A stretch of DNA of 64,000 nt from Convolutriloba macropyga (lineage: Eukaryota). Where the stretch lies: the NCBI RefSeq assembly GCF_964194025.1, contig NC_134472.1, positions 38,564,001 to 38,628,000 on the forward strand. Direction: 5' to 3'. Within the stretch, counting starts at the first letter, position 1. Every line of letters begins with the position of its first letter. The translations under genes were made by a program, and so were the position numbers. The notes under the pieces are model-generated. The model was not told the origin of the DNA. It made no database searches and saw only the letters and a list, made by a program, of their open reading frames with translations. Positions 61,301 to 64,000 of the stretch are shown in pieces.

Positions 61301-62960
61301 TTTAAGATCGATGACTTCTTTGCAAACATTGGACTTGAAGAGTTGCTTATTTTTTGGTATATTGCAATTAGGAACTGCTTGTAGTATTCATGGTCGGTTT
61401 GGGAGTGTTCTCGCCATAATAGTCCCTTAATCCATTCTCCCTATTCAATCTACAGACATCCCCCACTCGTACCTACCCAGACCCCTAAACTAAAACTTGT
61501 GTGTGCATCCTTTTGAAATGATGTCTAGTTTCATAATGTCTAGTTTGAAATAATGTCTAGCTTGATAATTTCCTTGTTTTCTTTTCTTTGATATTTTATA
61601 ATTTAGGAAGATTAGTTACCTTTACCGAACCTCTACCCTCCTTACACCCTCCTACGAACCACGCCACCACCTACCCCTTATCTATTACTTATCTAATCTG
61701 ACTACAGACCCCCCACGGATCCCCTGCCTACCTACACCACTCCCCCTACCTACCTACCCCCACCCGCACCTAACTACTTACCTGCACTTGGGCACCTACC
61801 TGTCATCTGTCTCCTCCCCCGATTACCTACGCCCTCCTCCCCAACTGGATACCCCCCACCTAGGTTCCCCCTCCCACACCTACCTCTGGGCAATCAAATG
61901 ACAACGAGCCACCCCCCCCCCACCTACGTTCCCCTCCCATAAATACATCCCCTCAACTACCTACCAACACCCCCTCCCTCGCCTACCAGCAACAACTACA
62001 AAATGCGTCTGAGTCTCCTTTGATTTTTTTTATTTCTGAGTTAGGTAAGGTTACTGAAAAATTTTCTTTGCACAACTCTTCTAGTCGTTTCCGGTATTCT
62101 AGTGGCTATGTTTACTTCTATTTGTTCCAACGTCGTTTTTACGTTGACCCAAAAGGGTCTAAAGGCGACCTGTGAACTAGTTTGTTTTCTTGGCGAGAGA
62201 AGTTTTTTGATCATGCGCTGCATTCCGCGAATGATATTTGATTTTGGGCAAAAGTGTTTTGGAGAATGGTGCGTACCGATGAACCTTTTTAAGCTGTTTT
62301 TCATGCATTTGGCTCAACTTGTTGCTCTTGATTTGATCTTTCGCGAAAATAGTTTTGATCGATGCTACAATAATATGTAACTGTCTGGAATTGAGTGTTT
62401 TTGAGAACCTTCTAATGCGTTTCAAGTCCAAAATTGGTACATCGTTTTTGGGTTAATTTTTTGCGGTTTAAATTTATTTTCTTTGTTTTTGGATCCTTTA
62501 GCGGACTTTTTGAACAAAAAACCAGTATATGGCAACCTCCCTTTAATTCAAGCATTGAAGGCCTCTTTTTAACGTGAGGTAGTTTTGTTTCTTCAAGTTG
62601 TCCTTTTGATTTTGGTCCCCAAAAACTGGATAAACAGGTAGCGCGCAGAGGGAAATAGATTTTCTTAGAGCCTTAAGGCTCACTGGTCTCCAAGTATGTG
62701 GTTCACCGAAACTTTTAAGATACATAAATTGTATGAAGGGTGGTCCTTAGAGTTTGACCCCCCCCCTCCTCTCTCGCTCTCTCGTCTTAACCCCATGCTC
62801 AACCCACCCTAACCCCTCTAATTAAGCTAAAGCTAGTCTCCCTAAACTGCAGCTAGCTACTGGCGAAGCAAACCGCTCGCCATTTGTTTGAAATCAATTG
62901 GTCCGACGTTAGTCGGTTATGTTTCTCATTGCAACTATGTTGCCTGGGCTATCTTATTAA
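58375..62960 (+). mobile_element. SEH1 intron filled with decayed Helentron-like modules and C-rich (CCTAC) tracts
   Basis: Family-B-like 5' end TTAATTGCTCTCAAAC at 58374. Shared modules at ~58500, ~60100 and ~62170-62540 (the last homologous to ~37790-38160). 3' hairpin CCGAC-GTTA-GTCGG-TTATGTTT at ~62903. 60-bp tandem duplication at 58924-59040. Confidence 0.5.
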
Positions 62961-63126
62961 TTAGTGTTTGAACTTTGTTGTTCCTGTAGTTCAAACTACA
63001 GGCTGGCGCACAAACCGGGTGGGTTGGATCAGTTCTGTTCGCATTGGTGTTTTACTCCCGTTGCTATGGGTACCCAACTGGGTATCTAGAAAGTGTTTCA
63101 TTCAAGGCTCGAATAATTTTCTGCAG

Positions 63127-64000
63127 GTGACATGGGCACATCCGCAATTTGGACAAATTCTGGCAACGTGCTCTTTCGACAACAAACGTGCGCGCCTATT
63201 CGAAGCTGTACCGGGTGACAATAATGACCTGGGTCGAAAGAGATGGGTTTTAGTAAACTCTTTCGAAGACAAATTGAACAATCTTGTCACGGACATTAAA
63301 TTTACACCACCGCAGCTCGGCCTAGCACTTGGAATGTGTTCTGTTGACGGATATGTGAGAATTATGGGACCCGAGGGAGGTGATCTGAAATCATGGCGTG
63401 AAATGGTTCATATCAATATCAAACACTCATCATTGAGTTGTTTAGCCTTCAGCGAATCAACGAGAGATAATGTGTTAGTTGCAGTGGGAGCTGAAATTGT
63501 ATCAACCGAAGAATCAGTTGTTGCCTTGGGTGCCCAAGACTTATCTGAAACTCCCAAGAATGCTGCGCCTTCTCAGTCATCATACTTCAACCTGTTTTAC
63601 ATCGACATCAAACACGCCGACCGGGGCAGGTCCCGCAACATGGCATTAGTCTCATTAGATGATCCTAAGTTGTATGTTGATAGCCCAGTACGCGCTTGCT
63701 GCTTTGCACCAGTTTTGGGCAGATCTTTCCAATACCTTGCGATCGGAGCGTCCTCTATGATTGTGTATCAAATTAAGTCTTCCAAAATTATGGCGCGATC
63801 GACTCTAAGTTATCCTCCTAATTTCAACAACCCTTACTGTGCTATATGGAGGTTAGCTTGGAATATCACAGGTACACAGCTAGTGGGGTCAACTACTCAT
63901 GGCAATGTTTTTGTGTGGCATCTAAATTCGTTAATGAACTGGCAGCTTGTGCGTGCAGCTGTGGCAAATAGAAACAGCGACGTATCTATTGAAAGGCCCA
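63127..64000 (+). CDS. SEH1L: SEH1 coding exon 2 (open to the window end)
   Basis: Acceptor TTTTCTGCAG|. Encodes VTWAHPQFGQILATCSFD, VTDIKFTP..LGL.L..CSVDGYVRI, FAPVLGRSFQYLA and IWRLAWNITGTQL. No stop before 64000. Confidence 0.93.
   Translation, partial: MTWAHPQFGQILATCSFDNKRARLFEAVPGDNNDLGRKRWVLVNSFEDKLNNLVTDIKFTPPQLGLALGMCSVDGYVRIMGPEGGDLKSWREMVHINIKHSSLSCLAFSESTRDNVLVAVGAEIVSTEESVVALGAQDLSETPKNAAPSQSSYFNLFYIDIKHADRGRSRNMALVSLDDPKLYVDSPVRACCFAPVLGRSFQYLAIGASSMIVYQIKSSKIMARSTLSYPPNFNNPYCAIWRLAWNITGTQLVGSTTHGNVFVWHLNSLMNWQLVRAAVANRNSDVSIERP

Overview
AT-rich animal (metazoan) genomic DNA with spliced genes, not prokaryotic. I found no CRISPR array, rRNA or tRNA gene. Five host genes can be reconstructed: GTF2H4/TFIIH p52 (+, 2 coding exons, 15-kb intron); mitochondrial tyrosyl-tRNA synthetase YARS2 (+, 3 exons, starting 187 nt after the GTF2H4 stop); an N-terminal RASSF9/10-like gene (-, apparently two RA domains); phosphomannomutase PMM (+, 2 exons); and SEH1/SEH1L (+, runs off the window). 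Transposable elements are a full-length but frameshifted BEL/Pao LTR retrotransposon (290/289-bp LTRs, CATTG TSD), two decayed non-LTR retrotransposons, and many Helentron/DINE-1-like non-autonomous elements. One of the latter has expanded into a ~15.4-kb tandem array with ~740-bp and ~1095-bp units. Best leads: (1) all four + strand genes have a 3' splice acceptor 5-15 nt before the ATG, and GTF2H4-YARS2 look like an operon resolved by spliced-leader trans-splicing; (2) the second RA domain of the RASSF-like gene spans a -1 frame change that coincides with an in-frame A_AAT_TTC slippery heptamer; (3) the array is built from repeated Helentron-like 3' termini with two reconstructable junctions; (4) every Helentron-like terminus I recognised has the same orientation. 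All calls come from reading by eye, with no database searches.
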